Assembly (NCBI GenBank): GCA_029219885.1
Contig: JAQXUH010000054.1
Location: 12,906 to 76,905 of the forward strand
DNA: 64,000 nt
Origin: Eubacteriales bacterium
Lineage (GTDB): Bacteria; Bacillota; Clostridia; Oscillospirales; Acutalibacteraceae
Direction of reading: 5' to 3'
Positions 55,201 through 64,000 of this stretch are shown here, piece by piece. A program made the translations under genes and the position numbers. Within the stretch, counting starts at the first letter, position 1, and every line of letters begins with the position of its first letter. The notes under the pieces were generated by a model. That model was not told the DNA's origin, searched no databases, and saw nothing but the letters and a program-made list of their open reading frames with translations.

Positions 55201-56274
55201 CTATTTAAGTACAATCAATTCCTTGGTGATTTTTGAAAGGTTTTCTCTGCCTCTCGGCGAGATATAAAGCAAATCTTCTATTCTTATTCCGAATTTATTT
55301 GGAATATAAATTCCGGGCTCGATAGAGGTTACATTTCCCACATTGAAAGTGTCTGTACTTCTCGGTGAAGCATTAAATCCCTCGTGAATATCAAGACCTA
55401 CGCCGTGACCTAAGCTGTGCCTGAAATATTTTGCCATATCCTTTTCGTCAAGAACATCATAGGCCGCTTTATAAACATCTGCACATTTTGCTCCGCTTTC
55501 AAGTGCCTGAATTCCTGCCTTCTGTGCTTTGAGTACAAGATTATAACACTCGTGCATTTCGTCTGTTGCATATCCTACTGCAACAGTTCTTGTCATATCA
55601 GAATGGTATCCCTGACAGGTTGCACCAAAATCAAAAAGTACAAAGTCACCGTCCTGAATTTTCCTGTCACTTGGTACTCCGTGAGGCATCGAAGTATGCT
55701 CACCTGTTAAAAGAATTGTGTCAAAGCTGACACCGTCGGAGCCGTTTTTCGCCATAAGATAATCAAAAAGAGACGCTAGCTCCTTTTCAGTTTTTCCTGC
55801 CTTAACCTCCGGAAGAAGCTCTAAAAATGATTTTTCGGCAATGTTGTTTGCGTCTTTTATGAGATTTATTTCCCAAGGCTCTTTTTCATTTCTCAAAAGC
55901 ATAAGCTGATTTGAAAGCTCTTTAAATTCCACGCCCTCAAGTGCGTTTTTATATGCGTTATACCGAGACAGAAGAATTGTATCATTTTCAAAAAGAATAC
56001 GCTTTACATTGTGCTTTTGACAGACGTTCTTAACCTCATCGGTGAATTTACCCTGAATTTCAATAACCTTAAATCCTGTATTTTCAGCATGAGCCTGAGC
56101 TGTTTCAGTATATCTTGAGTCGACAATATGATAACCCTCACCACTTGAGGTAATAACAACAACTCCCTCGCTTGGAGAAAATCCACAGGCATAGTGCATA
56201 TTGCTTTCGTTAAGGAGCAGTACGGCATCACAACTATTTTCATTTACAAGATTAGCAATTTTTTCTCTGTTCAT
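55201..56274 (-). CDS. Xaa-Pro aminopeptidase (M24B)
   Basis: PHG, DFGA, SDMTRT, HSLGHGVG, EPGIY, RIED. Confidence 0.9.
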   Translation of the reverse strand: MNREKIANLVNENSCDAVLLLNESNMHYACGFSPSEGVVVITSSGEGYHIVDSRYTETAQAHAENTGFKVIEIQGKFTDEVKNVCQKHNVKRILFENDTILLSRYNAYKNALEGVEFKELSNQLMLLRNEKEPWEINLIKDANNIAEKSFLELLPEVKAGKTEKELASLFDYLMAKNGSDGVSFDTILLTGEHTSMPHGVPSDRKIQDGDFVLFDFGATCQGYHSDMTRTVAVGYATDEMHECYNLVLKAQKAGIQALESGAKCADVYKAAYDVLDEKDMAKYFRHSLGHGVGLDIHEGFNASPRSTDTFNVGNVTSIEPGIYIPNKFGIRIEDLLYISPRGRENLSKITKELIVLK

Positions 56275-56389
56275 ATAATCATCCCTATCCATTTTAATAA
56301 TAAATATATCACTGAAAATTCAAGTTGTCAATCTGTCATAAAGTTGTGGTAAAAGTAGATTATCCGTTGCCATTCCCTATTAACTATCA

Positions 56390-56436
56390 TTGACAAATAC
56401 CCCCTATCCGTATATAATATACCCCATAGGGTATAT
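56390..56436 (+). promoter_or_regulatory. sigma-A promoter with CsoR operator boxes
   Basis: TTGACA-17-TATAAT; ATACCCCCTATCCGTAT in the spacer and ATATACCCCATAGGGTATAT just downstream. Confidence 0.85.
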
Positions 56437-56451
56437 GGAGGTATTCTTGAT

Positions 56452-56754
56452 ATGAGCGAAAATAAATGCTGCTGTGACAGAAAGAAAGAGAGAACAGCAG
56501 AAGAACATAAAGCACTAATTAACAGGCTTAACAGAATTGAAGGACAGATAAGAGGAATTAAAGGTATGGTAGAAAAAGACGCCTACTGCACCGATATTAT
56601 TACACAGGTTGCGGCGGCTACCGCAGCTCTTAATTCCTTTAACAAGGAGCTCCTTTCAACGCATATAAAGACCTGCGTTGCAGAAGATATTAAAGCAGGC
56701 AAAGAAGAAACTATTGACGATTTGCTTGCAACACTTCAAAAGCTGATGAAATAA
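56452..56754 (+). CDS. csoR: Copper-sensing repressor
   Basis: RLNRIEGQIRG, YC, HIKTC. Confidence 0.92.
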   Translation: MSENKCCCDRKKERTAEEHKALINRLNRIEGQIRGIKGMVEKDAYCTDIITQVAAATAALNSFNKELLSTHIKTCVAEDIKAGKEETIDDLLATLQKLMK

Positions 56755-56764
56755 AGAGGTATAT

Positions 56765-58876
56765 ATGAAACAAAAATTTTATGTAACAGGAATGAGCTGT
56801 GCCGCCTGCTCCGCAAGAGTTGAAAAGGCAGTATCCCCTCTCTGTGAAAGCGTAAATGTCAATCTCCTTGCAGGGACAATGACTGCCAAATACTCCTGCG
56901 AAACAGAAGAAATAATTACCGCAGTAAAAAAAGCAGGTTACGGCTGTGAACCATTTAAGCTTAAAAAGGCAGATAATTCAAAGGAAATCAAAGAAATGAA
57001 ACAGAGAGTAATTTTATCTGTTATTTTCCTGATTCCGCTGATGTATCTTTCAATGGCGCATATGCTCCATTACAATCTGCCGTGGATATTAGGCGAACAC
57101 ATACCAAACGGCATAGGTCAGCTTATTTTTGTTGTTCCTATAATGATAATCAACAGAAAATTTTTCATCAACGGCTTTAAAGCGTTATTCAAACTCAGTC
57201 CTGAGATGGACAGCTTAATTGCCGTTGGTTCCGGAGCATCGTTTATATATAGTGTGGCAACTTTAATATTTTTCCCAGAAAGACATTATTATTTTGAATC
57301 GGCAGGTATGATTCTTACGCTGATAACAGTAGGAAAGCTCCTTGAAACAATCAGCAAAGGCAAAACAAAAGACGCGGTAAATGCTTTGATAGATTTAGTT
57401 CCCGAAAAAAGCATAATTCTTAAAAACGGAGAGGAAACGGAAATTGAATCTTCGCTTATTCAGGAAAACGATTTGGTTGTTATAAAGCCCGGAATGAGAA
57501 TTCCTGTTGACGGAATAATTACTGATGGTGCAGGCTCTGTTGACCAAAGTGCAGTTACAGGTGAAAGCGTGCCTGTTGACCTGACGGCAGGTGAAAAGGT
57601 AATCAGCGGTACTGTCAACAAAAACGGCAACTTTGTTTTTAAAGCTACTGCTGTCGGCGAAGAATCTACAATGTCTAGAATTATTGAGCTTGTGGAAGAA
57701 GCGTCGTCAACTAAAGCACCTGCACAAAGACTTGCAGATAAAATCGCGTCAATATTTGTACCTGCTGTAATTATAATTGCTGTGGTTGCTTTTGCGGTTT
57801 GGATGATACTTGGAAAAGGCTTTGAATTTGCATTTTCCATAGGCGTTGCGGTACTTGTAATCAGCTGTCCCTGTGCATTAGGTCTTGCTACTCCTTGTGC
57901 AATAATGATTGGAACAGGAAAAGGTGCTGAAAACGGCATACTTTTCAAAGACGCATCGGCACTTGAAAATCTCGGCAAATGCAACACAATAGTTTTTGAC
58001 AAAACAGGAACAATTACAAAAGGTGAAATGTTCGTCACCGACATTACTGACGAAAAATATATTGACATAGCCTACACTTTGGAAAACATTTCCGACCACC
58101 CACTGTCTGTGGCTGTATGTAATTACTGCAAGGAGAAAGGTGCAAATCTTCTCAAAGCAGACAAAAGTGAGTATATTATCGGCAAAGGAATTACGGCTGA
58201 AATAGACGGCAAAACATACAAGGCAGGCAACGAAAAGCTTACAGGCTTTGCCGACAATAAGTATTCCTATGAGGGCAAAACGCCTATTATTTTCACATGC
58301 AACGACGAATATTTATTTACAATTGCAGTTGCCGACAAAATCAAGGATGACGCAAAGGAAGCTATTGAAAATATTAATGCCGACACAATTATGATTACAG
58401 GCGACAACGAGCTGACAGCCTTTGCCATTACTCAGCAGGCAGGAATTAAAAATTATATTGCATCTGCCATGCCTGAGGATAAAGAAAAGAAAATCAGCGA
58501 GCTGATTGATAAAGGCAGAACAGTCGCTATGGTAGGCGACGGAATTAACGACTCCCCTGCTCTGACTCGTGCCGATGTGGGAATTGCGGTAGGTGCAGGC
58601 TCTGACATTGCCATAGAATCGGCTGATATAGTTCTCGTATCCGATAGGCTTACAGATGTTTCAAACGCAATCAGGCTGTCGAAAAAGACGCTGAAAAATA
58701 TAAGAGAAAATCTGTTTTGGGCATTCTTTTACAACTGTCTTGGTATTCCTTTGGCAGCAGGCTGCTTTTACGGAATTTTCGGCTGGACATTAAATCCAAT
58801 GATTGCGGCTGCTTGTATGAGCTTAAGCTCAGTAACAGTCGTATTAAACGCATTAAGACTAAGGAGGTTTAAGTAA
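56765..58876 (+). CDS. copA: Cu(I) P1B-type ATPase
   Basis: GMSCAAC, TGES, CPC, DKTGT, GDGIND, YN, MSLSS. Confidence 0.93.
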   Translation: MKQKFYVTGMSCAACSARVEKAVSPLCESVNVNLLAGTMTAKYSCETEEIITAVKKAGYGCEPFKLKKADNSKEIKEMKQRVILSVIFLIPLMYLSMAHMLHYNLPWILGEHIPNGIGQLIFVVPIMIINRKFFINGFKALFKLSPEMDSLIAVGSGASFIYSVATLIFFPERHYYFESAGMILTLITVGKLLETISKGKTKDAVNALIDLVPEKSIILKNGEETEIESSLIQENDLVVIKPGMRIPVDGIITDGAGSVDQSAVTGESVPVDLTAGEKVISGTVNKNGNFVFKATAVGEESTMSRIIELVEEASSTKAPAQRLADKIASIFVPAVIIIAVVAFAVWMILGKGFEFAFSIGVAVLVISCPCALGLATPCAIMIGTGKGAENGILFKDASALENLGKCNTIVFDKTGTITKGEMFVTDITDEKYIDIAYTLENISDHPLSVAVCNYCKEKGANLLKADKSEYIIGKGITAEIDGKTYKAGNEKLTGFADNKYSYEGKTPIIFTCNDEYLFTIAVADKIKDDAKEAIENINADTIMITGDNELTAFAITQQAGIKNYIASAMPEDKEKKISELIDKGRTVAMVGDGINDSPALTRADVGIAVGAGSDIAIESADIVLVSDRLTDVSNAIRLSKKTLKNIRENLFWAFFYNCLGIPLAAGCFYGIFGWTLNPMIAAACMSLSSVTVVLNALRLRRFK

Positions 58877-59091
58877 TGAAAAAAATTATCAGTATTGAGG
58901 GTATGATGTGCGACCACTGTGCAGGCACAGTTAAAGGTGCATTAGAGGCTGTCGACGGCGTTAAGTCAGTTAAGGTTGAGCTCAAGAAAAAGTCAGCCAC
59001 AGTAAAGCTTGCTGACGAAGTAAGCAACGATACGCTTTCAAAGGCTGTTACTGATTCAGGCTTTACAGTTACGGGCATAACAGAAAAGTAA
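58876..59091 (+). CDS. copZ: Copper chaperone (HMA domain)
   Basis: GMMCDHC; start overlaps the copA stop. Confidence 0.88.
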   Translation: MKKIISIEGMMCDHCAGTVKGALEAVDGVKSVKVELKKKSATVKLADEVSNDTLSKAVTDSGFTVTGITEK

Positions 59092-59103
59092 TATAAAAAG
59101 TAG

Positions 59104-59141
59104 AAAAGCATCTCCTGTCAATTTGACAAGAGATGCTTTTT
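59104..59141. terminator. Bidirectional intrinsic terminator
   Basis: AAAAGCATCTCCTGTCAA/TTGACAAGAGATGCTTTT. Confidence 0.85.
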
Positions 59142-59154
59142 ATAATACAAAATT

Positions 59155-60120
59155 TTAGTCATCTGTTTTTATTGCAATCTTAAAGGCAGATTCCACATCT
59201 GTCAAATATTTATAGGCATACCAAGGTGCCTCTTTTTCAATAAGGTTTGCAAGATAAGGACAGATATCCTTGCTGATAATGTACTTATTGATAATAAACT
59301 GATTGCGTATATTTCTTGTAAAGTATGAAACATTGAAAAGCTGAAAATCGTTGAGAAGGAGAAAAACTCCTTGCTGAAAACGCATACGTGTATTAGTAGG
59401 CACATCAATGAGCTTTGCTTTAGGGTCAGGTCTTACACTCATTTGGTCAAGGTGAATTTTAAATTCATCGGCAGGAAGTACCTTCTTTGTTTCAATAATT
59501 TCCTTTACTGCGGTTCTTATACTGTCCTCGTCAAAATAGCTTGCATAGACATTCAGCTCGCTGAGCCATTTATTAGCTGTATTGATATCGGTCGTATAGT
59601 CCTCGTCATTCTTCAGTTCAAGAACATATAAAACTATGTCATCATCAAAAATTTTTCTATCCTTAAGGGCAAATGAAAGTGACGGATATATACTTTTAGT
59701 AAAATCAATAAGTGGTGAAAAGTGGCAGTAATGCTGTGCAAATGCACAAATATCATAAAGATGCTCGCTGTCAGCGGCACCCATTGTGTTGTGAAACACA
59801 TCAACGAAGCTGCCTAAAGATGAGTAGAAATTATAGATATAATCTGCGTTAATATGAACAATGCCCAGGTCATTATTTTCAAAAAGAATTTGAGGGTTTC
59901 TGAGCATTGTAGGAAGAAGATGACGAGTTTGTGAGCTTATTCTTTCGCCTCTGTAAAAGAGCTTTTCTCCGCTTAAGAACTTATAATAAATCTCATTATT
60001 AAACTCGTCAACAGTATTGATTTCTTTACTTACTGCACTGAAATCAAAATCAAGACTGTCAGACACTTTTTCATTAAAATCTTCTAATCTTTTCTTCAAA
60101 GTTTCCCTTGGTGAAAACAT
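59155..60120 (-). CDS. FRG-domain protein
   Basis: FYRGE, LLPT, AQHY..FSPLIDFT, SFA, NTRMRFQQGVF. Confidence 0.8.
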   Translation of the reverse strand: MFSPRETLKKRLEDFNEKVSDSLDFDFSAVSKEINTVDEFNNEIYYKFLSGEKLFYRGERISSQTRHLLPTMLRNPQILFENNDLGIVHINADYIYNFYSSLGSFVDVFHNTMGAADSEHLYDICAFAQHYCHFSPLIDFTKSIYPSLSFALKDRKIFDDDIVLYVLELKNDEDYTTDINTANKWLSELNVYASYFDEDSIRTAVKEIIETKKVLPADEFKIHLDQMSVRPDPKAKLIDVPTNTRMRFQQGVFLLLNDFQLFNVSYFTRNIRNQFIINKYIISKDICPYLANLIEKEAPWYAYKYLTDVESAFKIAIKTDD

Positions 60121-60133
60121 ATTAACCTCTTTA

Positions 60134-62206
60134 CTAATTTATTGAAGTTACAAGCTGATAAGCAGACTCAGTGGCATTAGCTATTCTGCCTATCTTTACG
60201 CTGTCGCCGATATTATACACTTTGTAGTCATTTGAATTCTTTATTTCATCATAAAGAGAAGTGTCAGGCTTTACACCTAAAGAGAGCACAACATAGTCTG
60301 CTTTAACAAATACTTTGATATTTTTCTTAAGATTTTCAAGCTCGATGCCGTCCTCTTTAACTGCAAGAAGCTTGTGACTTGTGAGAAATTCAGTACCTGC
60401 ATCCTTAAGCTTAGGCATAGCATCATCAACCTGCTGAAACCATGCACCGGGTGCAACTTCATCTGCCATTTCAACAATGGTTACTCTGTTGCCCTGAGAA
60501 ATAAGAAGTTCACTTGTTTCAAGACCTGTCATACCGGAGCCGATAACTGCAACCTTTTTATTTTCAAGCTTAACTGTACCGTTAAGAATTTCAGTAACGG
60601 TAGAAACGTTATCACACTCAAACGCTTTAGGGTGAATTGCATTACCGCCAGTAGCGTTAATAACAATTTCAGGTTTAAGGCTGTCGATAAGTTCTTTATC
60701 AGCTTTAACACCAAGCTTAATCTCAACATTTTCTTCCTGCAAGTTAGAAAGCAAATCGGTACAAACCCAATTCATTTTATCCTTATGAGGCGGTTTAGAC
60801 GCAAGATTAAGCTGACCGCCAACGGACTTTTCTTTCTCAAGGACAGTTACATCAAATCCTCTTTTTGCAAGGAGTTCGGCAGCCGTAAGTCCTGCACATC
60901 CTGCACCTACAACAACTACCTTTCTGCCGTTGCCGTTATGGTTAAGGGTTTCGCCCTCTCTGCCCACAAAAGGATTAACCGAACAATGTCCGTGGTCATA
61001 TTTATAAGCGTTTTCCATCATACTTTCAAAGCAGTACAGACAGCAAACGCAACGCTTGATTAAATTCTCGTTTCCGCTTTCTGTTTTCTTCACCCAATAT
61101 GGGTCGGCAATAAGCGGTCTGCCGAGAGAAACAAAATCTTGTATTCCGTCCTCGAGCTGTTTTTCTGCCTGCTTCGGTGAACGGATAAGATTAGCGGCGA
61201 TAACAGGAATATCAACAACCTTTTTAACTTCCTCTGCAAGATATTTTCTCCAACCGCAATCAAAAGTTGTGGGCTCAAGCCAATAGTTGAATGTATCATA
61301 GGCGGCAGAAGACACGTCAATGGCATCTATACCCTCATCGCTGAGAATTTTCGCCATTTTAAGGCCTTCCTCAAGATTGTAGCCCTTACCTTTTTTGCCG
61401 ATTTTATCGTACATTTCGTCAACAGTAAGTCTTACAACCACAGGAAAATCTTTACCACAGTTTTTCCTGATTCCCCTGATTATTTCAAGAAGAAATCTCA
61501 TTCTGTTCTCAAGGCTGCCGCCGTATTCGTCAGTGCGGTGATTAGTGTTAGGTGACAAAAACTGCTGAATAAGATACCCATGAGATGCGTGAAGCTCAAC
61601 GCCGTCACAGCCTGCTTTCTGTACTCTGACAGCACCCTCGACAAACTGACATACAAGCCTTTTAACCTCCTTGTTTGAAAGAGGTCGGTTTACGCTTTCA
61701 CTCATTTTGCTTTTCTCGCATTTGCTTGGAGCCGCTACCTTGAAAATAATATCCTTGTCTTGAAGTACCTTTCCCGGAGGTATAATGCCTTTAGTAAGAA
61801 TCTTCGTAAATGTATCGCCGAGAAGCTTATTACAAGCACTGCAAAGAGGGACTGTACCAATCATCAGTCCTAAATTCTGCCTGCCCGGATGATGAAGCTC
61901 CACCATAACCTTTGTGCCGTGCTTATGTATTCTATCCGCCATTTCCTTTAAAGCAGGAATCTGATAGTCGTGGCTCATACCGAGCTGACCAAAAGATGAG
62001 GCACCTGTTATATCATTAACACGAGTAATCTCGGTGAAAATAAGGCCAACGCCACCCTTAGCACGTTCCTCATAATAATCCATCATCGTTTCTGTTGCAC
62101 AGCCGTTGTACTGACCGAAGCCCATACACATTGGTGCCATAACAACTCTGTTTTTAATTTCAACATTTCCTATTTTCATAGGAGAAAACAGCATATCGTA
62201 GCTCAT
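60134..62206 (-). CDS. Fe-S flavoenzyme of the OYE / 2,4-dienoyl-CoA reductase / BaiCD-like family
   Basis: KNRVVMAPM, ELHASHGYL, NHRTDEYGGS, CVCCLYC..C, GAGCAG, GSGMTG. Confidence 0.9.
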   Translation of the reverse strand: MSYDMLFSPMKIGNVEIKNRVVMAPMCMGFGQYNGCATETMMDYYEERAKGGVGLIFTEITRVNDITGASSFGQLGMSHDYQIPALKEMADRIHKHGTKVMVELHHPGRQNLGLMIGTVPLCSACNKLLGDTFTKILTKGIIPPGKVLQDKDIIFKVAAPSKCEKSKMSESVNRPLSNKEVKRLVCQFVEGAVRVQKAGCDGVELHASHGYLIQQFLSPNTNHRTDEYGGSLENRMRFLLEIIRGIRKNCGKDFPVVVRLTVDEMYDKIGKKGKGYNLEEGLKMAKILSDEGIDAIDVSSAAYDTFNYWLEPTTFDCGWRKYLAEEVKKVVDIPVIAANLIRSPKQAEKQLEDGIQDFVSLGRPLIADPYWVKKTESGNENLIKRCVCCLYCFESMMENAYKYDHGHCSVNPFVGREGETLNHNGNGRKVVVVGAGCAGLTAAELLAKRGFDVTVLEKEKSVGGQLNLASKPPHKDKMNWVCTDLLSNLQEENVEIKLGVKADKELIDSLKPEIVINATGGNAIHPKAFECDNVSTVTEILNGTVKLENKKVAVIGSGMTGLETSELLISQGNRVTIVEMADEVAPGAWFQQVDDAMPKLKDAGTEFLTSHKLLAVKEDGIELENLKKNIKVFVKADYVVLSLGVKPDTSLYDEIKNSNDYKVYNIGDSVKIGRIANATESAYQLVTSIN

Positions 62207-62239
62207 TAATGCTCCTCTTTCGCTAATAGTATAATTAGA

Positions 62240-62824
62240 TTACTTTCTCTTTTTGTTCTTCTTTTTTCCGTTCTGGTTTGCGTGAGCTTTTTCTTTCTCT
62301 TTATCATAGTTCTTAGACCATACAACAAACCAAACGATTATGAGAGCAACAACAGCGATAACTGCCAAAACAACGCCAATTATCTTTGCTGTGTTTTTGA
62401 TAGAAGCAATCTTAGGTATCATTTTTAGATAGAATGGTGCGTAGACAATCATTTCAGTTTCGTCGTCTTCTAAAATTACATCATCATATTTAAGAAAAAC
62501 CTTTTCGCCATTTGCGTCATAATAGTAATAGCAGAAAGCATTTAACGGCTCTGCAGCATCAGCTTTTGGGTCAAAGTCTTCATTCTTTTCAACGTATAAA
62601 GTATCAATACCGCCATCAAGAGCGTATTCGCTGACATCAACACTTTTCGGCATAATCATATATGTAAGTTCTGACATAATTGCCGTTTTGTTTGCCTGAT
62701 AAACAAAGACTAAAACGAGAACGACCGCAACAACTGAAAAAATTGCAATCAACGCCTTTGCAAGCTTGCTTAACTTCTTTTTTTCTTTAACATTATTTTC
62801 GACTAAATTAGTATTTTCTTTCAT
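62240..62824 (-). CDS. Hypothetical 2-TM membrane protein
   Basis: AGGTGA SD, two hydrophobic segments, basic C-terminus. Confidence 0.7.
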   Translation of the reverse strand: MKENTNLVENNVKEKKKLSKLAKALIAIFSVVAVVLVLVFVYQANKTAIMSELTYMIMPKSVDVSEYALDGGIDTLYVEKNEDFDPKADAAEPLNAFCYYYYDANGEKVFLKYDDVILEDDETEMIVYAPFYLKMIPKIASIKNTAKIIGVVLAVIAVVALIIVWFVVWSKNYDKEKEKAHANQNGKKKNKKRK

Positions 62825-62842
62825 AATTCATCACCTTAAATC

Positions 62843-62871
62843 ATTATATCAAAACAGTATAAATAGGTCAA
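62843..62871 (-). promoter_or_regulatory. sigma-A-type promoter
   Basis: TTGACC-17-TATAAT with TG extension. Confidence 0.6.
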
Positions 62872-62905
62872 GAAAAAAGAGAAGCAATCAAATGACCTCT
62901 TCTCT
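62872..62905 (-). terminator. Probable intrinsic terminator
   Basis: AGAGAAG...CTTCTCT stem with T run on the minus strand. Confidence 0.5.
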
Positions 62906-62914
62906 GAAAATTCA

Positions 62915-63835
62915 TTATTTCTTTTTATTTGCCCTGGCGGCAAGCTTTGCTTTAGCCTCTTCGACTTTCTTCTTTTCTTCATCTTCAGCAGCTTTTGCAG
63001 CAGCCTCACGAGCCTTTTCTTTTTCGATTTCCTTTTGGCGTTCTGCCTCGTCCTTGGCAGCCTTTCTTGCGAGACGTTCCTCCTCAAGAGTTTCGTCGCT
63101 TTTGGCAGGAGCCTTTGCAACTGCAATATTAATTCCCATAGCAACAAGAAGTAATACAAGTGCTACAAAATAGCCCCAGGAAATTGATGCCGAGCCGTTG
63201 ATAATTGCCATATCACCGAAATTATATGCAACCTGCTGTGAAGCAAGAGAGCCTGACATAACAAACATTACAACCGATGCAACTGAACATACAATTGAAA
63301 GAACATCAAATACAACAGTTGTTTTTGTCTTAGGATGTTTGCACATAATGATAGTCATAAAAAATGCGATTACAATAAACAGTGCACTTAGCACAAAAAG
63401 CAGATATGAAATCACGCCGAAAGTAACTGCACCGCTGTAGCCCTCAAACTTCATATTAGTGAAGAACAAACTGCTGTCACCGAAGAATGATGAAAAGAAT
63501 TTGATAAGTGCATTATTACCGCCGAAAATAGAAATAATCGACAGCTCCAAGCTTTCTCCGTCACTATTGAGAGTTGCCCAAGGAAGAACAAAACCGATAG
63601 CGGGTAAAAAAGTAAGAACAAGACGAGCAATTCTTAGTTTTGTACCCCAAATGGAATAAGCAATTCTGTTAAGTGATTTATAAAATTTAGCAAAAGACTT
63701 CTCGGCTTTTATGTTGTCCTCTTCAAGTCTTTCCTGCCAATTATAGTTAGGAATAGAAACACCGCAGGCGGAACATTCAGCCTTTACATTCCAGATATGT
63801 AATTTTTTGCCGCAATTAGGACAGGTACTTGCCAT
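62915..63835 (-). CDS. Membrane protein with N-terminal zinc ribbon and C-terminal charged helix
   Basis: Start MASTCPNC after AAGGGG; CPNC..CSAC, about 4 TM, E/K/A-rich tail. Confidence 0.75.
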   Translation of the reverse strand: MASTCPNCGKKLHIWNVKAECSACGVSIPNYNWQERLEEDNIKAEKSFAKFYKSLNRIAYSIWGTKLRIARLVLTFLPAIGFVLPWATLNSDGESLELSIISIFGGNNALIKFFSSFFGDSSLFFTNMKFEGYSGAVTFGVISYLLFVLSALFIVIAFFMTIIMCKHPKTKTTVVFDVLSIVCSVASVVMFVMSGSLASQQVAYNFGDMAIINGSASISWGYFVALVLLLVAMGINIAVAKAPAKSDETLEEERLARKAAKDEAERQKEIEKEKAREAAAKAAEDEEKKKVEEAKAKLAARANKKK

Positions 63836-63869
63836 AAAACGTACCCCTTTCAAAAAGTAACTACTTGAC

Positions 63870-63898
63870 ATTTTATAATTATTTTCAACGATTGTCAA
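63870..63898 (-). promoter_or_regulatory. sigma-A-type promoter
   Basis: TTGACA-17-TAAAAT. Confidence 0.6.
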
Positions 63899-64000
63899 TA
63901 CAAATTCAAAATAAAAAACACTTAACATTTCAAAACCTCAATTTATGAACAACTATTTGACAAAATTCCGTAATGCTGTCCAAAATCAAAAAGGTATAAA

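Noticed and set aside
60134-62206. Bilirubin reductase BilR call
   Set aside because: Active-site motif is HGY, not HGDR
1-64000. CRISPR array, tRNA, rRNA, IS element or prophage
   Set aside because: No regularly spaced repeats, RNA gene signatures, transposase, integrase or phage genes seen; intergenic gaps are short

Overview
64 kb of AT-rich bacterial chromosome whose gene content (sigma-A promoters, dpaAB, fhs, csoR-copA-copZ, BspA-type LRR surface proteins) points to a Clostridia-class Firmicute; an Oscillospirales gut anaerobe is my inference. It is mostly housekeeping: potABC, dpaAB, murC, fhs-tsaE-tsaB-rpiB, an FtsW/RodA gene, gdhA, a nine-gene pyrimidine operon, uvrB-MATE-uvrA, upp-uraA, radC and a copper operon. 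Accessory material lies between these blocks: (i) an AT-rich block (14.8-18.7 kb) with a frameshifted subtilase-LRR gene and small membrane genes, (ii) two surface-protein genes after pyrI, one bracketed by a 41-bp terminator-plus-promoter direct repeat, (iii) an ECF sigma / anti-sigma-like / giant LRR locus, (iv) a GtrA-GtrA-membrane-HAD-Pce-like operon and (v) a membrane protein / Fe-S flavin reductase / FRG-domain unit. I found no rRNA, tRNA, CRISPR array, transposase or integrase. All family calls come from motifs read by eye; no database search was run.
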